The notes under the pieces are model-generated. The model ran no database searches and was not told where the DNA came from. It saw only the letters and a program-made list of their open reading frames with translations. Shown in pieces: positions 56,839-64,000 of a stretch of DNA of 64,000 bases. Origin of the DNA: a virus; the IMG/VR virus record IMGVR_UViG_3300031759_000010; one strand, given 5' to 3'. The position numbers and the translations under genes were made by a program. How positions within the stretch are numbered: the stretch's first letter is position 1; every line of letters starts with the position of its first letter.

Positions 56839-57720
56839 ATGAACATGCACAACTTCTCTACCGGCGCGGCCTACAACGGTCGCCAGCTTCACCCCCTCAC
56901 CCTCGAAGAGATCCGCCACGCGGCCCCCTCGGCCTTTGCGACGGAAGCACACGAGTCTCGCTCCAGCCGCTACACCTACATCCCCACCAGCCAGGTCATC
57001 GCTGGCCTGATGCGCGAGGGTTTCCAGCCCTTCAAGGCATCCCAATCCCACACCCGGGTTCCCGGCAAGGCGGACTTCACCAAACACATGATCCGCTTCC
57101 GCCACATGTCGTCCATGGACACGCTCCGTGTCGGCGACACCGTGCCCGAGGTGGTCCTCATCAACTCCCATGACGGCACGTCCAGCTACCAACTGCTCGA
57201 AGGCCTGTTCCGGCTGGTTTGCAGCAATGGCCTGATCGTTCCGGACGGGATCGTCCAGTCCCTCAAGGTCTACCACAAGGGCAATATCGTGGACGAGGTT
57301 GTCGAGGGCTCGTTCCAGATCATCCAGCAGTCTCAGGTGGTCCTGGATCGCGTCAAGGAGTTCCAGCAGCTTCAACTGACGGCCGGTGAGCGCACCGCCT
57401 TCGCCGAAACGGCGCGGGAGTATCGGTTCGCCGACAACGAGGGCAAGGTTGCCACTCCCATCTCCGCCACCCAGCTTCTGGCTCCACGCCGCGCCGAGGA
57501 TGTTGGCGACGACCTGTGGCGAGTAGGAAACCGGGTTCAAGAGCATGTAATTAAAGGCGGTCTCCGTGGCACCAAGGTTGTCACAAATCCCGACAACGGA
57601 AGACACATATCCCGGAGAATCACCACTCGCCCTGTCACCGGAATCGATCAAGATGTGAGGCTCAACAGGGCGATTTTTGCCCTCATGGAAAGAATGGCGC
57701 AGCTAAAAACTGCCGCCTAA
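56839..57720 (+). CDS. DUF932-like protein
   Basis: Track ORF trimmed to Met 30, after AGGAGGACC. SRYTYIPTSQVI...INSHDGTSSYQL resembles DUF932. Confidence 0.6.
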   Translation: MNMHNFSTGAAYNGRQLHPLTLEEIRHAAPSAFATEAHESRSSRYTYIPTSQVIAGLMREGFQPFKASQSHTRVPGKADFTKHMIRFRHMSSMDTLRVGDTVPEVVLINSHDGTSSYQLLEGLFRLVCSNGLIVPDGIVQSLKVYHKGNIVDEVVEGSFQIIQQSQVVLDRVKEFQQLQLTAGERTAFAETAREYRFADNEGKVATPISATQLLAPRRAEDVGDDLWRVGNRVQEHVIKGGLRGTKVVTNPDNGRHISRRITTRPVTGIDQDVRLNRAIFALMERMAQLKTAA

Positions 57721-57892
57721 CATTCTGGTTTTTATCCGGCCTGTCCTCTTTGGAACTGGTTCCCAAGGAGGGCGTTGACAAGGACAAGGCCATGCGCCAC
57801 ATCAAGGCGATCATGGCAAGCTGGCGTCCAAAACACGAGGACAAGGAAGCCGCATGCGCGTTTCTTTTCTCCGAGTGGTTTGAGTCTGCGAA

Positions 57893-58156
57893 ATGGAAGA
57901 AGGGGAAGAAATCATGACAACCGAAACCGCACGTCGAGTATTGCTGGACGTCATCAACTCCACGCCCGGGACACGCGAGGCCCTTGAGGCCGAGTTTGGT
58001 CAGGTGTGGGACACCACTCAACTCACCCAAGATTTCCGCGTCAAGGGGTTCGCCGCTCCGTTTGTCGTCGTGGAGCGCAAGACCGATGGGCAGGTGGGCA
58101 GCCTTACGTTTCAGCACTCGCCCCGCCTGTACTTCGACTTTCAGGAGGTCAAATGA
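57893..58156 (+). CDS. hypothetical protein (87 aa)
   Basis: Track ORF. Confidence 0.45.
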   Translation: MEEGEEIMTTETARRVLLDVINSTPGTREALEAEFGQVWDTTQLTQDFRVKGFAAPFVVVERKTDGQVGSLTFQHSPRLYFDFQEVK

Positions 58157-58335
58157 CTGCCGGCCGCGATGCTGCCGGCCGCTGGCTGGCCGCATCTTGG
58201 AGTAACGTTCTGGGCGGGGAGAACACATCTCTCCGTCCATCCATGGCCCTCCAGATCATCGCCTACGGGTCCATCGCCTTGGTAATCGCCGCAGTGATGG
58301 CCTTGGTGCTGTTCTGGCCAGAGGCGGTTCAGTAA
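58153..58335 (+). CDS. small membrane protein
   Basis: Track ORF trimmed to Met 50. C-terminal hydrophobic helix. Confidence 0.35.
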   Translation: MTAGRDAAGRWLAASWSNVLGGENTSLRPSMALQIIAYGSIALVIAAVMALVLFWPEAVQ

Positions 58336-58634
58336 TGGAACCACTCATGATCTACCTGTCGCAATGCAAGCCGGGGATACTGTACCGGCTTCGAGGACGG
58401 AAGCTGATGGCCGGAGTCTGGACAGGCAAGGAGTTCATCGGCACCCACGACTACAAGGGGCAGCCGTATCTCAATGGAGAGTATCATCGGGAGACAGATC
58501 GAGCCTACGGCATGACCTCTCCCATTGAAGTTCTTGCCGAGTGCCCGATTGCCCTGGCCGACGTCAACATTCACAACAAAGATCTCTACCTGTGGTTGGC
58601 GGAGGAAGAGAGAAAGGCGGGGCTGAGAAAATGA
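58335..58634 (+). CDS. hypothetical protein (99 aa)
   Basis: Track ORF. Confidence 0.45.
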   Translation: MEPLMIYLSQCKPGILYRLRGRKLMAGVWTGKEFIGTHDYKGQPYLNGEYHRETDRAYGMTSPIEVLAECPIALADVNIHNKDLYLWLAEEERKAGLRK

Positions 58635-58753
58635 TGAACCACGAGAAGAGTTCCGGCCCCACCCTCTTCGGGGGATTGTTTTGGATAGCCGTTCTCACCT
58701 CACCCCTCTGGGTGACTGTGGGGCTGGCCGTCTGGGAAAGGATGAAGCAATGA
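58631..58753 (+). CDS. small membrane protein (40 aa)
   Basis: ATGA overlap with the upstream stop. Hydrophobic core LFGGLFWIAVLTSPLWVTVGLAVW. Confidence 0.3.
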   Translation: MMNHEKSSGPTLFGGLFWIAVLTSPLWVTVGLAVWERMKQ

Positions 58754-59034
58754 GAGGCAACGATTTTCGCTTGCTCAAGGCAACCATGAGCGCATCTATC
58801 GTCATGGTGCCCGTACTCGCGGCCGTGGCGGCTTGCCTTACCTGGGGATCGCATCCCTATCTGGCCAAGATTATGACTGCGGTAAGCGTGTGCTCCGTGG
58901 GGGCCCTCGCCGATCTGGTGTGGGACATCCCATGGAGGCATGTGTTCGGAACCATAATTTCCATCGCGGCCGTGTCGCTGTTTGTCTACATGGTGCTGGT
59001 TATCTTGGGGGGACTATTCCCCGGGAGGTGGTGA
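58750..59034 (+). CDS. multi-pass small membrane protein
   Basis: Track ORF trimmed to Met 24. Three hydrophobic segments. Confidence 0.4.
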   Translation: MRGNDFRLLKATMSASIVMVPVLAAVAACLTWGSHPYLAKIMTAVSVCSVGALADLVWDIPWRHVFGTIISIAAVSLFVYMVLVILGGLFPGRW

Positions 59035-59306
59035 TGGCTGGAGAGAAAACATTCATCTGCGCGACCTGCGGTATCCAGAAGAGAGTCGCAAACCGATGGT
59101 TTGTGACGTGGAAGATTGACGGGGTTCTGCGTTTCGCCAAATTCACCTATCAACGGGCCGGGAGGAAATCCTCCATGTGCCTCTGCGGAGAAGGATGTGC
59201 CCACAAGCTGCTCTCTCAGGAGCTGTCAGCTTTGGAGGCTCCCGACCCGATAGAGGCATCGGCCGAAGAGTTGCCAACAGAATCACCAAGAGAGGAGGAG
59301 CTATGA
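59034..59306 (+). CDS. hypothetical Cys-containing protein
   Basis: Track ORF trimmed to Met 68. CATC...CLCGEGC. Confidence 0.4.
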   Translation: MAGEKTFICATCGIQKRVANRWFVTWKIDGVLRFAKFTYQRAGRKSSMCLCGEGCAHKLLSQELSALEAPDPIEASAEELPTESPREEEL

Positions 59307-60019
59307 TGGGAAAACGAGTAGGCTACATCCGCGTTTCCTCCGTCGATCAGAATACTGCCCGGCAGTTGGCGGACATCAAGCTGGACAGAATTTTCGAGGA
59401 CAAGGCCAGCGGTAAGAGCGCCAATCGCCCCGCCCTTCAGGAGGCCCTTGCCTATCTGCGCGAAGGGGACACCTTCATCGTTCACTCGATGGATCGCCTG
59501 GCGAGAAATCTGGACGACCTGCGGAAGATTGTCTTCAGTCTGGTCGAGAGGGGAGTCACGGTTGAGTTTGTCAAGGAGAGCATGAAGTATTCTCCCAACT
59601 CAGCCAATCCGATGAGCACTCTCCTTCTGTCGGTTATGGGAGCCTTCGCCGAGTTCGAAAGATCCATCATCAAGGAGCGCCAGCGCGAGGGCATTATGAT
59701 CGCGCGGCAAAACAACTTGTTTGGGGGCGGCAAGGAAGTCTTCACGGATGAACACATCCTCAACATGATCCATCGCATCGAGAACGGGGAACCGCTCTCC
59801 CGTGTCGCCAACAGCATCGGCTACCTGGGTATTCGCAGGGCGAATGGATCGCTCGTCACCAACATTGCCCGCTGCACCCTTAGTTCCCGGAGGTCACAGT
59901 ACGTCAATGCCCATCCGGAAATTGTCAACGTCTACCCGCGCCTGAAGATTTTCCTCAAGAGCGCCACAACCGGAAAGAAGGAGGAAGTGCATGACCGAGC
60001 AGATCAAAAAGATTCTTGA
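59303..60019 (+). CDS. small serine recombinase (resolvase/invertase family)
   Basis: VGYIRVSSVDQN (nucleophile Ser), DTFIVHSMDRLARN and AEFERSIIKERQREG are the canonical catalytic-domain motifs. Track ORF trimmed to Met 43. Confidence 0.85.
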   Translation: MMGKRVGYIRVSSVDQNTARQLADIKLDRIFEDKASGKSANRPALQEALAYLREGDTFIVHSMDRLARNLDDLRKIVFSLVERGVTVEFVKESMKYSPNSANPMSTLLLSVMGAFAEFERSIIKERQREGIMIARQNNLFGGGKEVFTDEHILNMIHRIENGEPLSRVANSIGYLGIRRANGSLVTNIARCTLSSRRSQYVNAHPEIVNVYPRLKIFLKSATTGKKEEVHDRADQKDS

Positions 60020-60344
60020 AGAGGAAATCGCGGCATCTCAACAGTACACGACCGAAAACTTTGGAGCCCGCAACGGGCGGGAGTTTCCCGAGTTGGCCGA
60101 GGCGGTCCTCGAAAACAAAACCATCAGCACCAAGCTGACGGTTTCGTTCCTGATAAACCTCCTGGAGTTGACCACGAGTAAAAACCAGACCCTGGAGAGG
60201 TTCTCCACCCCCAGCAAGACAGCCCGCGACGAGTCTGTCAACGGCGTTCCCCTGGACTTCTTCTGGCTTGGGTATCGCCTCGGGCGCAGGATGCAGATTG
60301 CCGAGGACGAGGCCCTCAAGAACATCGAGAAGGTCTCCGTTTAA
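59991..60344 (+). CDS. hypothetical protein (117 aa)
   Basis: Track ORF. Confidence 0.45.
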   Translation: MTEQIKKILEEEIAASQQYTTENFGARNGREFPELAEAVLENKTISTKLTVSFLINLLELTTSKNQTLERFSTPSKTARDESVNGVPLDFFWLGYRLGRRMQIAEDEALKNIEKVSV

Positions 60345-60392
60345 CCCGGGGAGGCTCCGGCCTCCCCATCACCATCGAGCAAGGAGGATGCA

Positions 60393-61214
60393 GTGGCCGT
60401 AGAATTCAACAGCGAAACTGTGAAGAGGGCCGGAGCACTCTACTGTGACTATCCGGAAAACATTCTCATCGACCCGGTTCTCAACGGCAGACATGAGCAC
60501 ACGGACATCGAGAGCTTGGCGGCCGACATCGAGGCCAACGGGCAGAACACGCCGGTTATTCTCCGCAAGGACGACCAGGGACGCCCCGTCCTCGTGGCCG
60601 GGCATCGCCGCTGGAGGGCGGTCTCCCTCCTGAACGAGAGATCTCCCGAACAGAAGAGAAAACTGGTCGGAAACTATTTCTCCCTCACCGAGGCTGAAGC
60701 CTTGGCTATGGCTGTGTCGGAGAATCGGTTCCGGCAGGACGTCTCTCCCATCGACGATGCCTCCAACATCAAGATCTTCCGCAAGCGTTTCGGATTGGCG
60801 GATGAGGACATCGCAAAAATCTACTTCCCGGGAGCCAAGACGGAGGCCGACAAGGCGACCGCCCTGCGCTTCATCGAGCAACGCGCCAGCTTGATCGAGT
60901 TGGCCCCAGAAGCCGCCCAGGCGGTTCGTGACGGCCGGATGAAGGTTACGGCCGCCGTGGCCCTCGCCAAGCTCTCCAAGGACCAGCAGAGGGCAAGAGT
61001 GGCCATCCCAGGCAAGGTCAAGGTAGCCGACGTGAAGCCGGTAAAGAAAGCCGACACCTCGGTTCCCTTCAAGGAGTTCGCGGACAACGCCATCGCGCTG
61101 GCCCAGGAGATCCTTTACGACCACACCGATAACGAGATCACCGGGAGGCTCTCCCGACTGATCCTCAGACTGGCCAAAAAGGCCGGGATGGAAATCATCC
61201 CGAGGGAGGAGTGA
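60393..61214 (+). CDS. ParB/Srx-fold N-terminal domain protein (ParB-like nuclease domain)
   Basis: IEANGQNTPVILRKD...VLVAGHRRWRAV is the ParB box GxxR region. Confidence 0.75.
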   Translation: MAVEFNSETVKRAGALYCDYPENILIDPVLNGRHEHTDIESLAADIEANGQNTPVILRKDDQGRPVLVAGHRRWRAVSLLNERSPEQKRKLVGNYFSLTEAEALAMAVSENRFRQDVSPIDDASNIKIFRKRFGLADEDIAKIYFPGAKTEADKATALRFIEQRASLIELAPEAAQAVRDGRMKVTAAVALAKLSKDQQRARVAIPGKVKVADVKPVKKADTSVPFKEFADNAIALAQEILYDHTDNEITGRLSRLILRLAKKAGMEIIPREE

Positions 61215-61224
61215 CCAGAGGATC

Positions 61225-61407
61225 ATGCCGACCCTGACAGTCACTAACGGAAGCTATCTGGTCGAGGGGATTCAGCTCACCCCTCGCCGGTTCATTGCCA
61301 AGCGGGTGGGGGATTTTATTCTCTGGCTGTTCTTCCACCGCCTGGACTCGACAACAACGATCAAGATTACCGGACTCGCCGAAGAGGACCGTGGATATCC
61401 GGTATAG
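61225..61407 (+). CDS. hypothetical small protein
   Basis: Track ORF. Confidence 0.35.
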   Translation: MPTLTVTNGSYLVEGIQLTPRRFIAKRVGDFILWLFFHRLDSTTTIKITGLAEEDRGYPV

Positions 61408-61415
61408 GAGGCACC

Positions 61416-61610
61416 ATGCAGAGTTCAGAGAAGAGGACGATTCTCGATGTTGCCCTGACGGGGATGAAGGTGGGAGAGGATCTCCTGGTGACATCGAGGG
61501 GGTTCAAGGCCATCAAGCAGAGGCTGGCGGTGTTCACGCAGTCTCAGCCCGGGAAAAGGTTTGTTGTGAATGGGGGGCCTTCGGTTCGTTTGATCCGAAG
61601 GACCCGGTAG
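61416..61610 (+). CDS. hypothetical small protein
   Basis: Track ORF. Confidence 0.35.
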   Translation: MQSSEKRTILDVALTGMKVGEDLLVTSRGFKAIKQRLAVFTQSQPGKRFVVNGGPSVRLIRRTR

Positions 61611-61634
61611 TTCATATGGGGGGGGGGTACGTTG

Positions 61635-62018
61635 TCAGCCAGTAGGCTGGGCGGGGGGCTCCAGAAGGGCCTCCCGCTCTTTTCTTTCTTTTACCCTCTT
61701 GGCCTCGGCCGTATAGCTCCTGGCTGGAGTGAGAAGGTGTTGCCGGATGCGTATGGTGGGGATCTTCACTCCCTTCCACCCACGCACGAAAGGGCCGTAT
61801 TCGAGGAGGCCGGACTTCACCAAGAAATCGACTCTCCGGTTGAGGGTGGTTTCATTTCTCCGAACCCCGAACCCTTCGTTGATGCCAAACTCAATCAGCT
61901 TCCTGGGGTTCATGGCGGTGAATTTTTTCAGGTCGAAGTTGGCCAGCAGGAACACCGTGAAACCAAGTTTCTCGGGACCAAATGAGGCGAGGATCTTGAA
62001 GCCTTCCCGGTTTAGCAT
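61635..62018 (-). CDS. hypothetical protein (127 aa), opposite strand
   Basis: Track ORF. Possibly winged-helix; no firm motif. Confidence 0.45.
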   Translation of the reverse strand: MLNREGFKILASFGPEKLGFTVFLLANFDLKKFTAMNPRKLIEFGINEGFGVRRNETTLNRRVDFLVKSGLLEYGPFVRGWKGVKIPTIRIRQHLLTPARSYTAEAKRVKERKEREALLEPPAQPTG

Positions 62019-62039
62019 AGGGATATTCTAGGAGACATC

Positions 62040-62240
62040 ATGAAGGACTGGAAGAATTTTCGATCCATTATGCGAAAGCACAACGGCACCCTGATCCGAA
62101 CCGGGAGGCATCAGGTCTGGAGGATTCCAGGGGTGGGGCAATTTTCCGTCTCCGTCTCTCCATCGGACAACAGGGCGGAGATCAACGCTGTCAAACTTGT
62201 AGAGAAGGCCCTTCGGCAGCACGGTATCACGGAAAGGTGA
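62040..62240 (+). CDS. HicA-like (YcfA-fold) small protein, tentative
   Basis: KHNGTLIRTGRHQVWRIPGVGQFSVSVSPSD...VKLVEKALRQHG parallels the HicA pattern G..R..GSH..y....t.vp.h. No HicB-like partner recognised. Confidence 0.35.
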   Translation: MKDWKNFRSIMRKHNGTLIRTGRHQVWRIPGVGQFSVSVSPSDNRAEINAVKLVEKALRQHGITER

Positions 62241-62589
62241 CGGGGTTTGTGACGGTGTTAAGCCATGCGCTGTAGGGGTAAATGGTTCCGCATACGCACG
62301 AGCAAAGCGGACAGCATATCAGGGCCACCGAGGAGGAGAGGGTGTAATCGTACTCTCTCACAACCAGGGGCTCATCGAAGAAATGAGAGCAGACTCCCGA
62401 CATCACGCCGGTCTGCTCTGTCACCGGCTGGCCACTGAAAGGGGCAATGGTGCTGGAGGGATTAACAATCTGCGCTGGAAGGACAGGGGTATTGGCCCCG
62501 CCTGGCTGGGTGAATCCCCGGCCGACGCCCGGGAGCCCAAAACCACCGCCGGGATAGTACATGGTCCCCAATTTCCAGCCATTCACCAT
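62227..62589 (-). CDS. hypothetical Gly/Pro/Cys-containing protein
   Basis: Track ORF, opposite strand. Confidence 0.35.
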   Translation of the reverse strand: MVNGWKLGTMYYPGGGFGLPGVGRGFTQPGGANTPVLPAQIVNPSSTIAPFSGQPVTEQTGVMSGVCSHFFDEPLVVREYDYTLSSSVALICCPLCSCVCGTIYPYSAWLNTVTNPVTFP

Positions 62590-62686
62590 GCAACCATTGT
62601 ACCTCCATACTGGTTACCAAAGGCATCTTGTGGTTTCTTGGAAAACAAACTATCCTCGGTTTCGACCAGGGAGACGTTTTTGGAGG

Positions 62687-63115
62687 ATGAAGATGGCAAC
62701 CGTTAGGACGCGCATCCACGGCATCTACTCCGCGCTAAAACGGCGGGTTGGCGCGAAGCATTGGCAGTCCGGCAAGCGCAAGGGCCAGTTGCGGCAAGTA
62801 GGCGAAGAACTACCCTTCAGCGAAGCTGAGTTGTTCCGCTGGTATGACGCACAGACATTGACCCGTTGCCCGTTCTGCCTTCAGCCCATCGACGCCCTGA
62901 GCGCATCCATCGACCACATGACGCCCCTGAGCCGTGGCGGGTCGCTTGGCTTGGACAATCTGGAGTGCATCTGCGAACTGTGCAATCGCATCAAGGGCGG
63001 ATTGACTCGAAGCGAGTTTGCCGAACTGAGCGAATGGATGATGCGGATTGAACCGCTGGCCCATGCCGATCTGGTGCGCCGTCTCCGGGCCGCGCCGATG
63101 TGGAGGCACAGATGA
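62687..63115 (+). CDS. HNH endonuclease
   Basis: CPFCLQPI...IDHMTPLSRGGSLGLDNLECICELCNRIK. Track ORF trimmed to Met 43. Confidence 0.75.
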   Translation: MKMATVRTRIHGIYSALKRRVGAKHWQSGKRKGQLRQVGEELPFSEAELFRWYDAQTLTRCPFCLQPIDALSASIDHMTPLSRGGSLGLDNLECICELCNRIKGGLTRSEFAELSEWMMRIEPLAHADLVRRLRAAPMWRHR

Positions 63116-63405
63116 GCCGCAACGCTGGCAACGTTGACAGCAGCATCAAGTTCCTCACCGCGCAAGAACTGGCAGCGGAGCGCGATGCACAACGCCTTGA
63201 AGACGAGAAAGCGCCGCCCGTCTGCACCTGCGCCCACAACCATGAACCCTACGAGGGACCGGACGGGCATATGTACATCAGCCAAGACCCAGGCTGCCGC
63301 GTCCATCCCGCCAGCTTCAGCCGGTGGGTGCCTCAGTCGATGGACATTAACCGCTCGTGGTCAAGAGACACGCGCAAACACGCGGCCACCCGGCCAAAGG
63401 AATAA
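63112..63405 (+). CDS. hypothetical protein
   Basis: ATGA overlap with the HNH stop. Confidence 0.4.
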   Translation: MSRNAGNVDSSIKFLTAQELAAERDAQRLEDEKAPPVCTCAHNHEPYEGPDGHMYISQDPGCRVHPASFSRWVPQSMDINRSWSRDTRKHAATRPKE

Positions 63406-63435
63406 CGCAACATCAACCGTGTAGTGGAGGAAAGA

Positions 63436-63732
63436 ATGGCAATCACCAAAGGAACCTATGTTATCGTTCGCACTTACAGCGCCGGAGTGTTTGCCGGTAC
63501 GCTCGCATCCCGCAAGGGAAGGGAAGTGGAACTCACCAATGCGCGCCGGATATGGTATTGGGATGGCGCTGCTTCACTTTCGCAACTGGCGGCGTTGGGA
63601 ACATCCAAGCCGCAGAACTGCAAGTTTCCCGTACCTGTGGGCCGCGTATTGCTTTTGGAGGCAATCGAAATTCTTCCGGCTACTTCCGTTGCCCAAAAAA
63701 GCATTGAGGGGGTGAAACCGTGGGAAGTCTAA
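63436..63732 (+). CDS. hypothetical protein (98 aa)
   Basis: Track ORF trimmed to Met 5, after GGAGGAAAGA. Confidence 0.5.
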   Translation: MAITKGTYVIVRTYSAGVFAGTLASRKGREVELTNARRIWYWDGAASLSQLAALGTSKPQNCKFPVPVGRVLLLEAIEILPATSVAQKSIEGVKPWEV

Positions 63733-64000
63733 AGATAGGCTACGGCTCCGGCTACGGCTCCGGCGACGGCTCCGGCTACGGCTCCGGCGACGGCTCCGGC
63801 TCCGGCTACGGCGACGGCTCCGGCTCCGGCTCCGGCGACGGCTACGGCTCCGGCTCCGGCTACGGCTCCGGCGACGGCTACGGCGACGGCTACGGCGACG
63901 GCTCCGGCTACGGCTCCGGCTCCGGCTCCGGCGACGGCTCCGGCTCCGGCTACGGCTCCGGCTACGGCTCCGGCTCCGGCGACGGCGACGGCTCCGGCGA
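63720..64000 (+). CDS. Gly-(Ser/Tyr/Asp) dipeptide-repeat protein, partial
   Basis: GTG start overlapping the upstream gene. GSLKIGYGSGYGSGDGSGYGSGDGSGSGYGDGSG... continues to the window edge. Confidence 0.45.
   Translation, partial: MGSLKIGYGSGYGSGDGSGYGSGDGSGSGYGDGSGSGSGDGYGSGSGYGSGDGYGDGYGDGSGYGSGSGSGDGSGSGYGSGYGSGSGDGDGSG
63741..64000 (+). repeat. 6-bp tandem repeat (GGCTCC / GGCTAC / GGCGAC), runs to the window edge
   Basis: Uninterrupted GGC-(TCC/TAC/GAC) units. Confidence 0.9.

Noticed and set aside
1-64000. Alternative genetic code / stop-codon recoding, which the large tRNA set and release-factor-like gene might suggest.
   Set aside because: Long genes (1442, 774, 737 and 607 aa, among others) are uninterrupted under the standard code. 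I found no tRNA with a CTA, TTA or TCA anticodon.

Overview
The window reads as one contiguous piece of a tailed-phage (Caudoviricetes) genome or prophage. I recognise no cellular housekeeping protein genes. Layout: (1) 1-30720, minus strand: late/virion operon with a small-terminase-like protein, large terminase, portal-like, scaffold-like and major-capsid-like proteins, a 1442-aa tail/host-recognition-size protein and many ORFs I cannot assign. It is interrupted at 20939-24892 by an opposite-strand cassette (two glycosyltransferases, a B12-binding radical SAM enzyme, a SAM methyltransferase) and at 16157-17062 by a free-standing HNH endonuclease. (2) 30912-37182: replication/regulation block (DUF1064, Phd/YefM-like protein, HTH proteins, SSB, DnaB helicase, repeat-bearing initiator, vWA protein). 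(3) 37347-46099: translation island with about 38 tRNA genes in two convergent arrays, a circularly permuted (two-piece type) tmRNA-like locus, a GGQ release-factor-domain protein, a phage Dam-type methyltransferase and several homing-endonuclease genes, one of which splits a tRNA gene. (4) 46222-49580, minus strand: small genes, including a frameshifted MazG-like gene and an HNH gene. (5) 49581-50379: non-coding control region. (6) 50380-64000, plus strand: early-type genes (DUF3846-like, DUF932-like, DUF5131 N-terminal fragment, serine recombinase, ParB-like, HicA-like, HNH, two tandem-repeat low-complexity proteins). Two non-coding motifs recur: GGTTACCAAAG just upstream of -35-like hexamers (5 sites), and the palindrome GTCCGTATACGGAC (4 sites, fused to a TAG stop at 3 of them). 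All functional calls come from motif and tRNA-cloverleaf recognition by eye; no database search or folding program was run. Start codons are often my own choice within a longer track ORF.
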